A DNA stretch of 25,659 nucleotides from assembly GCA_048938855.1 (NCBI GenBank), contig JBHLLT010000026.1, positions 13,508 through 39,166 of the forward strand, read 5' to 3'. A model generated the notes under the pieces. It was not told the origin of the DNA. It made no database searches and worked only from the letters and a program-made list of their open reading frames with translations. Source of the stretch: Promethearchaeota archaeon (GTDB lineage Archaea > Asgardarchaeota > Lokiarchaeia > Sigyniarchaeales > SOKP01). Shown here piece after piece: positions 7,409 to 17,031 of this stretch (position 1 is its first letter; the number at the start of each line of letters is the position of its first letter). The translations under genes and the position numbers were made by a program.

Positions 7409-9817
7409 CTAAGAAGTCAATTCAATTTCATAATTAATATTTTCCCATCTATCTTGAGTTAACCAATAGAATGTAAAACTCACCTTTATCTGTTTGTTTA
7501 AATCTCTAGTTGGTAAATCTACATAATAGATGCCTAAACCTGTATCAATTGTGTCAGATTCTTGAAATGTCTTCCAATCATCAATGGACCATCGAACTCT
7601 GGCTTTATCTCGTAATTCAATTCTCAAGATCTTTCCTACATTCATTTGAGAACATTTATGATTATATTTCCATATTTTTAGATTTGAAGGATGGTTTTCT
7701 TTTACATATCTCTGTTTAGTTTGCGATGGCATATCAAAAATACTGTTGTCTTTTAATGATCGCACTAATTTTACATATTCAGAATGCGCCCATACTAAGG
7801 GCATAGCAGAACCTGAAGGATGTCCGTTAAATAGATTCTTTTGAGGTATATCTTCTGCATCCCAAACTTGTTCGGGAATGAGTCCTCCCGAACCAACTTG
7901 TGCTTCCATTACTTTTAAAAGCTTTTTTGCTCTATCAATATCTCCCTTTTCTAGTTCATAGTGGGCACGTTCACCGGCTAGAAGAGGCCATCCTCTACCA
8001 ATACCTGTACCATCAAAAGGATCCCCATTTAAATGTTCTCCATATCCATCTTTATTATAACGATGCCATACTGGTCCAGTCGAAGTTTCTGTTTTTAACA
8101 TAGTATCAATAACTTTTACGGTATTAACGATTCTAGGATCATCAGCAGCACGTAATCCAAATCGTACCAACGCTAGCGCATCAGGACTAACAATATATTC
8201 AAAAAGAGCTTTACTTTCACCAGGTGGTCTATTTTTAATAGGGACGTAACCATCCTTGGGAGAGGAGGCATCTGAAAGGTCAGGAGGACTTACTCGTACA
8301 TAATAGCCCTCAACATTCAATTTCTTGGCGAGATCCGTATTCTTAACATAAGTCCATGTTTCGATATTAGAATTCCAATAATCCGCTAATTCTATTAAAT
8401 ATTTTGCAATTAGCGATTCTCCGGCTTTTTTAGCAAATTCTGATGCTAAGACTAGAGCAGCAATTTCTACAGCTAGAGTGAAGGGAGAATAACCTGAATC
8501 TTCCTCCCATCGGTCTTCTTGAGAGACTGGACCGTTACATGCTATAAAGCCCACAGCCTTTTTGATAGTTGGCCAAATATTAATCTTTTTAAGATAACCA
8601 TTTTCATTTAGAGCATGTGCAAGTAATATGGGAAAAGCTGTTTCATCCATTTGTATTCCATGCCAATATTCGGTTCCATCTAACCACATATTTTGAGGCC
8701 AATGTCCATCTTCATTTTGAGTACTCATTAAATAAATCATGATTTGCTTAGCTTCTGAAGTCGCTCCAACTGCAAGGAGTCCTCCGGCGGTTTCAACAAG
8801 ATCTCTGGGCCAAACTAAGTGATATCCTCCTAAATCATCATCTCCTTTAGCAAATCCCCATGGAATGGATAAACTTGCTATGGAACCATCTGAAAATCGT
8901 TTATCCATATGAGTTTTTAAGACTGCAATACTTAATCGATAAATATCGAACCCTTTATTAACATTTTGACCTAAATCCGTACATCCTCTCTGGAATTGCA
9001 ACCAAGATGATTTATAATCCTGTATAATTTGGTCAACATCATTTATTAGAGTAGTGCGTGCAAGTTGCCCCGCTTCTGCTGGATTGTTCCCAAATGCGAG
9101 TACTATTGTAAATTTTCCATTATTTTCTTTTAAATCAATTTCACCTGTTAAAACCACATTACCATTTGAAGCTTGAGTAAAATATTGTGTCATACGATGA
9201 TTCTTTTTAATATCATGCCAACCGTCGCTTATTCCATTAAAACCGCAACTCATATTGATAAATGAACTTGAACATGCTAGGGCTAGTGCAATATCTTCTC
9301 TTTGAGCAAAAAGTATAGGTATTCCTTTATAATCTCCAACCCAACTATCATTTCCAAGACCAAAATTTTTAATGTGAGGATTTAAGATTGTGTAAAGATG
9401 GTAATCATCTAATCGAGCTTTTATTGGTGAAAACTTTACTTTTAAGATTAGTACATCTCTTCTAGGATCGGTAAGAATTACCTTTTCTATGGTATAACAT
9501 TTCTTATGTGATGTGTTTATAATTTTAAATGTTGGGACTCCTTGTTCAACTGTTTCAATTTTGTGTTCACAATTTTGTTTTTCTTCCTCAAAAAGATCAG
9601 AATTATCTGTCACAAGAAATTGAAAATCTCGAATATTAGCTTGATCTATTCTGGGATAATAAACCTCATTTATTATCCCTTCGGATAAAGTAAACCAAAC
9701 CAAACTACCATGAGATATAGATGTTCCTACTCCATCTTTTGCGCTCGATGTCCAGCTCGGTTCCACTCCTGGGCCTCCTGGAGCTTGACCTTTAGAGGAT
9801 ATAATTTTTTGTTCCAT
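7409..9817 (-). CDS. GH15 glucoamylase / glucan 1,4-alpha-glucosidase (glucodextranase-type N domain)
   Basis: APGGPG..WTSSAKDGVGT, VWFTL..GIINEVYYP, IASLSIPWG, YHLVWPRDL, DRWEE (catalytic acid), LIPEQVWD (catalytic base), MPLVWAHSEY. No signal peptide. Confidence 0.95.
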   Translation of the reverse strand: MEQKIISSKGQAPGGPGVEPSWTSSAKDGVGTSISHGSLVWFTLSEGIINEVYYPRIDQANIRDFQFLVTDNSDLFEEEKQNCEHKIETVEQGVPTFKIINTSHKKCYTIEKVILTDPRRDVLILKVKFSPIKARLDDYHLYTILNPHIKNFGLGNDSWVGDYKGIPILFAQREDIALALACSSSFINMSCGFNGISDGWHDIKKNHRMTQYFTQASNGNVVLTGEIDLKENNGKFTIVLAFGNNPAEAGQLARTTLINDVDQIIQDYKSSWLQFQRGCTDLGQNVNKGFDIYRLSIAVLKTHMDKRFSDGSIASLSIPWGFAKGDDDLGGYHLVWPRDLVETAGGLLAVGATSEAKQIMIYLMSTQNEDGHWPQNMWLDGTEYWHGIQMDETAFPILLAHALNENGYLKKINIWPTIKKAVGFIACNGPVSQEDRWEEDSGYSPFTLAVEIAALVLASEFAKKAGESLIAKYLIELADYWNSNIETWTYVKNTDLAKKLNVEGYYVRVSPPDLSDASSPKDGYVPIKNRPPGESKALFEYIVSPDALALVRFGLRAADDPRIVNTVKVIDTMLKTETSTGPVWHRYNKDGYGEHLNGDPFDGTGIGRGWPLLAGERAHYELEKGDIDRAKKLLKVMEAQVGSGGLIPEQVWDAEDIPQKNLFNGHPSGSAMPLVWAHSEYVKLVRSLKDNSIFDMPSQTKQRYVKENHPSNLKIWKYNHKCSQMNVGKILRIELRDKARVRWSIDDWKTFQESDTIDTGLGIYYVDLPTRDLNKQIKVSFTFYWLTQDRWENINYEIELTS

Positions 9818-9823
9818 ATATTC

Positions 9824-11218
9824 TCATCTCCCTAGTTCTCGTGGGTGTTTTCCACCACGCCAATGTTCTTCAATTTCTTCTAAGGTTCTACCCTTAGTTT
9901 CTGGAACATAAGCATATGTAAAAATAAATGCCAATATTCCAACAACAGCATAAAACCAGAACGTACCTGCGCGTCCCAATAATTGAATAAGAGTTAAAAA
10001 AGTTAAAGCAATGATTAAATTAGATCCCCAGTTAGCCTCTGTTACAATACTCATAGCAAGACCTCTAACTTTTAGAGGATATATTTCGGATATTAATAAC
10101 CAAAAGACTGGACCTAACCCAATAGCAAAAAAGCCGACATAAGAAATTAAACTAACTGCAGCTAATGTTCCTAATTGGTTTGTTAGGCTAGGTAAAAAGA
10201 ATACTATCCCTAACATTATGAGCATTCCACTCATACCCGCTATACCAATTAATAACAATTTACGTCGGCCAACGCGATCTAACAAAAACATTGCAACAAG
10301 AGTAAAACCTACATTTACAACGCCAACTAAGATTGTAGCAAAGATCGCAGCTGCAGCTGATTGAAATCCCGCAAATTCAAAAATAGTTGGTGCATAATAA
10401 ATCACGGTATTAATTCCAGTAACTTGTTGGAAAATCGCTAGTGATATACCCACAATCATTGCAGGTTTTATTAAAGGACCAAACAGTTCTTTCCTCCCTC
10501 CTTTTTGCATATCGAGGCTAGTGATGATTTCATTGAGTTCATTATTTATATTATTTGTCCTTCGAATCTCAATCAATGTGGAACGCGCTTTTTCCATCTT
10601 TCCATTATTAACTAGCCATCTTGGACTATTTGGCATAAAGCTCATTGCGATTAATAAAATAAAAGCGGGAATTGCCGCTAAACCAAGCATGAAGCGCCAA
10701 CCACTTATAGGAGTAAAAGCATAATCCACCAAGTAAGATAAAACAATTCCAATGGTAATAAATAATTGATTTAAAGATACTAATGATCCTCTAATCTTGG
10801 GTGGAGACATTTCAGAGATATAGAGAGGAGCAATAAACGATGCCATTCCTATAGCAATTCCTACAATTATTCTTCCTATGACTAGGAAAATTATATCGAA
10901 TGTCAATGAGGTTCCAATAGCACCCCCAGCAAATATAATTGCGGCAACAATTATCATTTTTCTTCTTCCATAACGATCAGCTAACGATCCACCTATAAAT
11001 GCTCCAATAATTGCTCCAATTAATACAGCACTAATAACTAATTCCTGTAAAAATGGTAAAAGAGTATATTCTTGCTTGATAAATAGAATAGCCCCAGATA
11101 TAACCCCAGTATCATAACCAAATAACATCCCGCTTATTCCTGATAACAATGCAATAATATAAATAAATGTATTATTCCTAGATTTGCGAAATAACATCTT
11201 AGCGATTGTTTTCCTCAT
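9824..11218 (-). CDS. MFS sugar porter family transporter
   Basis: LFGYDTGVISGA, DRYGRR, YISEMSP..IRG, QQVTGINTVIYYAP, DRVGRR, SEIYP..RG, PETKGRTLEEIE; about 12 hydrophobic segments. Confidence 0.97.
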   Translation of the reverse strand: MRKTIAKMLFRKSRNNTFIYIIALLSGISGMLFGYDTGVISGAILFIKQEYTLLPFLQELVISAVLIGAIIGAFIGGSLADRYGRRKMIIVAAIIFAGGAIGTSLTFDIIFLVIGRIIVGIAIGMASFIAPLYISEMSPPKIRGSLVSLNQLFITIGIVLSYLVDYAFTPISGWRFMLGLAAIPAFILLIAMSFMPNSPRWLVNNGKMEKARSTLIEIRRTNNINNELNEIITSLDMQKGGRKELFGPLIKPAMIVGISLAIFQQVTGINTVIYYAPTIFEFAGFQSAAAAIFATILVGVVNVGFTLVAMFLLDRVGRRKLLLIGIAGMSGMLIMLGIVFFLPSLTNQLGTLAAVSLISYVGFFAIGLGPVFWLLISEIYPLKVRGLAMSIVTEANWGSNLIIALTFLTLIQLLGRAGTFWFYAVVGILAFIFTYAYVPETKGRTLEEIEEHWRGGKHPRELGR

Positions 11219-11533
11219 ATTTTAATTATAAATCATAAAAATGTAAGCCAATCACTTTTATAATAGTATGGCGTAAAAATTATAAATCTCCCTCTCATAT
11301 TCGTCGTAAGAATTCTAATTGAAAGTCTTTATTATATTGATAAAATCTGTAAAAAAGTCAACTTACACCCTTAATAAGACTATAAATCAACGCTTTCTTG
11401 AAAAAAGTTAAATTAAATTAACATAGAAAAAAAAATAATTTATAATTTAAAGGAAAATATATTAAATGAGGTATTTCATAGTTACGTCTTTTAAAAGAAT
11501 GGATTAATATACTTTTTTTTTATTATAACATTA

Positions 11534-11788
11534 TTATTCTCTATAAATTATCAATTTATCTTTAGAGTATTTGTAATCTCCTTTAAAAACATAATAAGAG
11601 AGTAAATTCATTAACCTCTCACATTCTTTAAAACTTAGTTCAATTTTTTGATTTTTTTCTGAATTCTTAAATTTTTGATAGAGAATTGCCAAATTTTTAG
11701 TTTTTTGAATTACTATAAAAGTCTCTTTAAAAGGGACTTTTTGATTATTCTTTATATTTACGCTAATATTTTTCGATATCATTTTCAA
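11534..11788 (-). CDS. Hypothetical protein (84 aa, Lys-rich)
   Basis: ORF fills an otherwise empty gap and is divergent from the Nudix gene; no recognisable motif. Confidence 0.45.
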   Translation of the reverse strand: MKMISKNISVNIKNNQKVPFKETFIVIQKTKNLAILYQKFKNSEKNQKIELSFKECERLMNLLSYYVFKGDYKYSKDKLIIYRE

Positions 11789-11902
11789 TTATTTTTCTTA
11801 AATTTTTTGTTTTAAATGAGCTAATAATCATTAGATAAATCTATTGAATAATAACAAAAAGCTTTTTTGAAGAGAATCTAATTTAACATTTAGGAATCTG
11901 TA

Positions 11903-12346
11903 ATGAATCGTACTACTCGTTATCAAGGTGCTATCATTCTTAATGACCAGATTTTATTGATTAAGCATAGACAATATAAGGATGGCTTTGAGTATTGGGT
12001 ATTACCAGGTGGAGGGCGAGAGGAAGGAGAAACAGCAGAAGAATGCGTAAAGAGGGAGATGAAAGAAGAAACAAATCTCGATGTAGTTGTTGAGCGATTA
12101 CTGTTGGAAATACCAGGGCAACCTGATAATTATTACCCGTTCTATAAGACTTATTTATGCAAAACATTAACAGACAATGCTCAAGCAGGGTCCGAGCCGG
12201 AATTAGAAACGGGGGTAGGTTATGAAATATCAGAAGTGGGTTGGTTTGATTTACGTAGCAAAGAGAAATGGCCTAATGACCGAATCTTCAAGCGTTTAGT
12301 ATATCCACAATTGAAAATGGTACAAAAAATATTAGGGTATAAATAG
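11903..12346 (+). CDS. NUDIX hydrolase
   Basis: Nudix box LPGGGREEGETAEECVKREMKEETNL. Confidence 0.93.
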   Translation: MNRTTRYQGAIILNDQILLIKHRQYKDGFEYWVLPGGGREEGETAEECVKREMKEETNLDVVVERLLLEIPGQPDNYYPFYKTYLCKTLTDNAQAGSEPELETGVGYEISEVGWFDLRSKEKWPNDRIFKRLVYPQLKMVQKILGYK

Positions 12347-12423
12347 GTATTAATTACAGGTATCTCAAAAAGCGATCTGAATTATAATTTTATTACTCCT
12401 TTTTATTTCACGTAATTTAAGTA

Positions 12424-12459
12424 TAACCAAAATCTCACATTCTTAAACAATTTTGGTTA
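12424..12459. repeat. Perfect 10-bp inverted repeat between convergent genes (possible terminator hairpin)
   Basis: TAACCAAAAT-N16-ATTTTGGTTA. Confidence 0.5.
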
Positions 12460-12517
12460 AAGAGGTACTACAGAATATATGGTAGGAGGGTTAATTATTG
12501 TACCTAAAAAAAATAGA

Positions 12518-12787
12518 TTATGCTTTTTTGAGCTTTTTAATTTTCTCTTTGGTAGTTTTTTTAATCTGTTTTTTTAAAAGATTGATTGCAACATTTAATT
12601 CTGCTTTTTTCGTTTTTAAATCGGAAAGACCTGAATGATTTATTTTTGTTTTATCATGTAAGATGGCATTATCGACTTGTCTCAATTCTTTATGTTTGTT
12701 TGCTAATTTAATTTCTAAATCTTTTAATTTTCTATTATATTCTGCTTTTATTTTATTAACTTTATCCAGTTTTGAGGTATCAGACAT
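12518..12787 (-). CDS. Hypothetical basic coiled-coil protein (89 aa)
   Basis: Clean ORF with Lys/Leu heptad-like pattern; no family recognised. Confidence 0.7.
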   Translation of the reverse strand: MSDTSKLDKVNKIKAEYNRKLKDLEIKLANKHKELRQVDNAILHDKTKINHSGLSDLKTKKAELNVAINLLKKQIKKTTKEKIKKLKKA

Positions 12788-12950
12788 TATATCTATTAAA
12801 ATAGACCTAAGTTATTCAAATTATTAAATATTTAAAAGTAATAATGAAATATGAAATTAAAAATATTTTTGCTAGATATAAATTGATCTTTACATTAAGA
12901 TTTTGTTTTGATCTCTTGAAATGACTTCTATAAAAATGAATATGTTAAAG

Positions 12951-13076
12951 TTAGAGATTTAATTTTTCAAAACATCTTTGACAATAGTATTTCTCATCTA
13001 CCCTCCATGCCTCAGCGAGATTAATTTCCGCCCTACATTCTTCACAATTTCCCATTTCTTGAGTAGGTGTTGCCAT
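12951..13076 (-). CDS. Small Cys4 zinc-finger protein (41 aa)
   Basis: Below the ORF-track cutoff; hand translation MATPTQEMGNCEECRAEINLAEAWRVDEKYYCQRCFEKLNL*, with two CxxC pairs; GC-richer than its flanks. Confidence 0.75.
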   Translation of the reverse strand: MATPTQEMGNCEECRAEINLAEAWRVDEKYYCQRCFEKLNL

Positions 13077-13208
13077 ATTTATGTTATAGTTTTATTATTT
13101 TAATTTTTTTTTCCATCTTTTCTTGGTTTGGAAATATTTTTCTTTTATTAAAATAACTTATTCAACCTATTGATAATAGGGAATACATGATAAAAATGAC
13201 GGGATAAA

Positions 13209-13556
13209 TTATATGTACATACCTTCAGGAGGAGGTTTATAATACGGAGTTGAGTTTCTATATATCCTTCTCATTATTTCGATGAAACTTCTATAACTAT
13301 TTGTTCTAAAGAGATCACTCCAATCTGAGCTTTGAGGATTAAATTTAGCTTGATCATATATTCTACGTTTAACCGGGTCCTTTAACGTATCATATGCATC
13401 CTTTATTTCTATGAATTTCTCTTTTGCGTGGGGATCAGTCTTATTAAGATCGGGATGATATTTTTTAGCTAATTTTCTATAAGCTAATTTAATTTCTTCT
13501 TCTGTTGAATCTTTTTCAATCTCTAAAAGTTCATAATAATCTTTTTTTTTAATCAT
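13209..13556 (-). CDS. Small J-domain (DnaJ class C-like) protein
   Basis: KDYYELLEI...[19 protein letters not shown]...[23 protein letters not shown]; HPD motif intact; no G/F, zinc or C-terminal substrate-binding domains. Confidence 0.93.
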   Translation of the reverse strand: MIKKKDYYELLEIEKDSTEEEIKLAYRKLAKKYHPDLNKTDPHAKEKFIEIKDAYDTLKDPVKRRIYDQAKFNPQSSDWSDLFRTNSYRSFIEIMRRIYRNSTPYYKPPPEGMYI

Positions 13557-13683
13557 ATTCTATTGATAGAAAAAAATTCAGATATTAAAACCTATAGTAC
13601 ATGGATTATTAAAAATATTTTATGGTTTTTTTAGAAAAACAATAAATTAATAATTTTTCTTTAAGAGCATAATTTTATTTTTG

Positions 13684-14694
13684 TCAAGAATTATTAATTC
13701 TAGCCCCTGTATCACTTTTATTTCTCTTGATTTTAGAACTTTTAAGATTTACAAGAGTTATACCTAATACTACTAGTGATAATGAAAGAGGATAGATAAA
13801 AACATCAAATTGTTCTCCTAAAAATATAGCAGAAAAAACGACACCAAATAATGGTACTGATGTTTGAAAAATAGCAGCTCTACTTGCACTTAAACGTTTG
13901 ACACCTTCTAAATAAAATGTATAAGCACCTATTGTCGACAAGAACGCTAAATATATGATTCCAATCCATATTCGAAGAGGAATAGTTAAATATTTGATCG
14001 GGTTAAGATATTCTGGTCCGATGATGAAAGCTAGAGGAACAGTTGTTAAAAAACCAAAAAAAGATACCCATGTAATTATCCACAATGAGCTAGGTTGATT
14101 TAACTTATGGTTATCATTTACTTTGTTCATAAAATGACGTGATATAACCGTATATGAAGCATAAGCAACTGCAGCAATTAAAATCAAAACATCTCCAAGT
14201 AATCGATTTGAGACTTCTTCATTTGGCGAAAATCCAAAGACAATAATAACTGCAATAAAAGCCATTAGAGTTCCAACAATCTTTTTCCAATTAAAAAATT
14301 CTGTTTTTAAGAAGAGATTAGAGAGAATTACAACCCATATAGCATTTGTAGCGACCATAATACTAGCATCACTTGCAGCGGTAAATATTTCCCCTATAAG
14401 ATATCCCATCTGGTAAACAGTAACTGATAATAATCCCATTAACAATAAAATTTTCCAATTTTTCTTTGCAAACTGCCAATTTAAAGTTCCTTCTTTAACT
14501 TTTAGAACTATAAAAAAGCAAACGACTGCTAAGAAATATCTTATTGCGGCTATCATAAATGTAGGAATCGTTGGGCCATATAAAGGATCTACTATCCATT
14601 TTCCAATTGGCCATGTACCTCCCCATATTACCATTGTTAAGATTAACAGTAAATACGCAACGATTTCGTATTTTCTTTTACCACTAGACGACAT
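13684..14694 (-). CDS. DMT/EamA family transporter
   Basis: IWGGTWPIGK, AAIRYFLA, LFLKTEF..KKIVG, GDVLILIAAVAYASYTVISR, SAIFLGE; two EamA repeats. Start probably ATG 14694 (11-bp overlap with the upstream gene). Confidence 0.92.
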   Translation of the reverse strand: MSSSGKRKYEIVAYLLLILTMVIWGGTWPIGKWIVDPLYGPTIPTFMIAAIRYFLAVVCFFIVLKVKEGTLNWQFAKKNWKILLLMGLLSVTVYQMGYLIGEIFTAASDASIMVATNAIWVVILSNLFLKTEFFNWKKIVGTLMAFIAVIIVFGFSPNEEVSNRLLGDVLILIAAVAYASYTVISRHFMNKVNDNHKLNQPSSLWIITWVSFFGFLTTVPLAFIIGPEYLNPIKYLTIPLRIWIGIIYLAFLSTIGAYTFYLEGVKRLSASRAAIFQTSVPLFGVVFSAIFLGEQFDVFIYPLSLSLVVLGITLVNLKSSKIKRNKSDTGARINNS

Positions 14695-15358
14695 GTTCTT
14701 TATTCTCCGGGATGCTCTCATTATACCATTTACTAATTAAATTACGTTTCTTAATATATCTGAGAAGATAAAGCGATATTATTAACATAATAGTATCCTC
14801 GACAAACCAAATGAGTTGATATACTGTTAAATTACGGTCAATTCTTATTGGCCCTATAAAAATAGGACCGAAATCAACAAATGAATACAATAAGAAATCA
14901 GGATTTTGCATTATTAATGGAAAAAAAAGGGGATTCACACCATGCGCAGGAAGATCAATTATAATATGTGTTAAACCCCCAATTAAGGCAGAGTAAGTAG
15001 CAACTAAAAAGAATTTTGAGTTAAATTTCTTACTGCTTAAATTATCCCATCCATCTAAACCAAAAAATCTTAAAGGTGAATATATTCTGCTCTTTTTTTT
15101 CGCAATTCTGGCAACCAATGGGCTAATATAACTACAAAATAAAATAGTCAAAATGAGAGTTAACGGAATAGTATAAATTAGTTGCCCTAGTAAACTATGA
15201 GTAATATTCCTAAACGAAAATGGTAAAAAGTAGTCAACTATAATATTTAAATCAGGAACCAATGAACCAATGCATAATGCTGTCCCATCAAAATTTCTAG
15301 GATATTTAATTTTTAGTAGTAATCCTGGTGCTTGGTGAGAAACTAATCCATTTGGCAT
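14684..15358 (-). CDS. DUF4184-like membrane protein (putative metal-dependent hydrolase), paralog 2
   Basis: SHQAP, ALCIGSLVPD, THSLLG, IGGLTHIIIDLPAH motifs. Confidence 0.8.
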   Translation of the reverse strand: MPNGLVSHQAPGLLLKIKYPRNFDGTALCIGSLVPDLNIIVDYFLPFSFRNITHSLLGQLIYTIPLTLILTILFCSYISPLVARIAKKKSRIYSPLRFFGLDGWDNLSSKKFNSKFFLVATYSALIGGLTHIIIDLPAHGVNPLFFPLIMQNPDFLLYSFVDFGPIFIGPIRIDRNLTVYQLIWFVEDTIMLIISLYLLRYIKKRNLISKWYNESIPENKEHVV

Positions 15359-15406
15359 CTGACTATTTTTCCTTTTTTTTCCATTATATTTTTCCTAAAT
15401 AATATA

Positions 15407-16063
15407 TTAACCTGGTGGTATTTCATACCATTTCTTAATTAATTCATGCTTTTTTATATATCTGAGAAGATAAAGAGATAAAACAAAAGTAACTACTGTT
15501 TCAATAAACCATAAAAGATTATAAATAGTAAGATTAGCTTCAAATGTGAAAGGCCCAACTGCTATTGTACCATAGTCTAAAAGGGAATATTGGAAAATTT
15601 CGAAATTCAATCCTACAAACCATGGGAACAAAATTGTAAAATATTTGTGTGCAGGGAAATCTAATAAAATATGTGTTATTCCACCTATAAAAGCAGAATA
15701 AGAAATAATGAACCAAGATTTTCTTGAGTATTTCTTCTTTTTTAAAAGATTCCATTGATCAACACCAAAATATCTTAGGGGTTCATAAAATCTACTTTTT
15801 TTGGAAGCTATTCGTGCACATAAAGGTCCAATATACCTAGAGAATATAACAGTAGCTATAATAGTGATTGGAATCGTCCATAAAAACTGACCTAATAAAC
15901 TATGCGTAAACACGTAAAAATTAGTATTTAAGAACAAATCAAATATAAAGTTAAAATCAGGGATAAGAGCCCCTAGACATAGAGCTGTTCCATCAAATAT
16001 TTTAGGATATTTAATTTTTATTAGCAACCCAGGAGCTTGATGGGAAAATACACTACTTGGCAT
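15407..16063 (-). CDS. DUF4184-like membrane protein (putative metal-dependent hydrolase), paralog 1
   Basis: SHQAP, ALCLGALIPD, THSLLG, IGGITHILLDFPAH; tandem paralog of 14684-15358. Confidence 0.8.
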   Translation of the reverse strand: MPSSVFSHQAPGLLIKIKYPKIFDGTALCLGALIPDFNFIFDLFLNTNFYVFTHSLLGQFLWTIPITIIATVIFSRYIGPLCARIASKKSRFYEPLRYFGVDQWNLLKKKKYSRKSWFIISYSAFIGGITHILLDFPAHKYFTILFPWFVGLNFEIFQYSLLDYGTIAVGPFTFEANLTIYNLLWFIETVVTFVLSLYLLRYIKKHELIKKWYEIPPG

Positions 16064-16108
16064 CTGCTTTTAAATTTCTTTTAATTAATATTTATTTTAA
16101 GTTAGCTT

Positions 16109-16924
16109 TTAACTTTTTGAAAAACCTCCATGGTGAAATTCAATTTCATAGTTAACATTTTCCTGTTGACAATAATTCTCAATTTCATGTTCAAGTATGT
16201 CCCAATAACTACGATCTTTTTGAATTTCTTTATATATTGAAAGTAATTTCGGATAATACTCTTTAATTATTCTCATTATTCTAGGGATGTTATGTGGCCG
16301 GAAATTTAGGTTTTCAAAAAGGAATCGGTCAGTATAATCCTTAATCTCCTTAATAATGGCCTTAAAATTAGTTATCTCTGGAAAATATGGAGATATAAAA
16401 GTATATGTTTCAATTCCTGCTTTAGATATTTGTTTAATAGCTTCTAGTCTGTCTGATGGTTTTGAAGCAGCTCTTTCAATAACTTTTGCGAATTCCACGT
16501 CCAAAGTACTTATTGAAATACCGACTCTAATATTTTTAAATTTCTTAAATAAATCAAGATCCCTTAGAACTAGTTTTGATTTAGTTAGGATTGAGATCTC
16601 TGCTTCAGTTCCAATCAGTTTTTCTAGTATTTTTCTAGTATTTTGGTATTTTTTTTCTAAAGGTAAATATGGATCGGTTACCGAACTTAGCAGAATAACC
16701 TTTCCCTTGTATTTCTGTGGTTTAATCTTATCCAAATCAAAAGTCTTAATATCTAAGAATTGTCCCCATTTATCTCCTTTATGTCCTGTAAATCTTATCA
16801 TAAATTCGGCATAACAGTAAATACATCCATGTTGACAACCAGTGTATGGATTTATTACATAATCGATTGAGGGAATATTACTCTTAGTTATTATATTTTT
16901 AGCTTCTCGAAATTCAATTTTCAT
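16109..16924 (-). CDS. Radical SAM protein, SplB-like/Rv2578c-type
   Basis: INPYTGCQHGCIYCYA (CxxxCxxC), SSVTDPY, ILTKS.LVLRDLD, ISIST. Confidence 0.9.
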   Translation of the reverse strand: MKIEFREAKNIITKSNIPSIDYVINPYTGCQHGCIYCYAEFMIRFTGHKGDKWGQFLDIKTFDLDKIKPQKYKGKVILLSSVTDPYLPLEKKYQNTRKILEKLIGTEAEISILTKSKLVLRDLDLFKKFKNIRVGISISTLDVEFAKVIERAASKPSDRLEAIKQISKAGIETYTFISPYFPEITNFKAIIKEIKDYTDRFLFENLNFRPHNIPRIMRIIKEYYPKLLSIYKEIQKDRSYWDILEHEIENYCQQENVNYEIEFHHGGFSKS

Positions 16925-17031
16925 TTCATTTAATCTCTATTATCATATACTAGAAAATTATATTAGGTTCTTCAAAAAATAACCTCTTTTTAATATTAAT
17001 TATAAAAAAAATGGGGGTTAGAGTGCTTTTA

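Noticed and set aside
11233-11298. 21-codon minus-strand uORF (MRGRFIIFTPYYYKSDWLTFL, TGA stop) before the sugar porter
   Set aside because: It is out of frame with the porter (14-nt gap), so not a read-through extension, and there is no other support.
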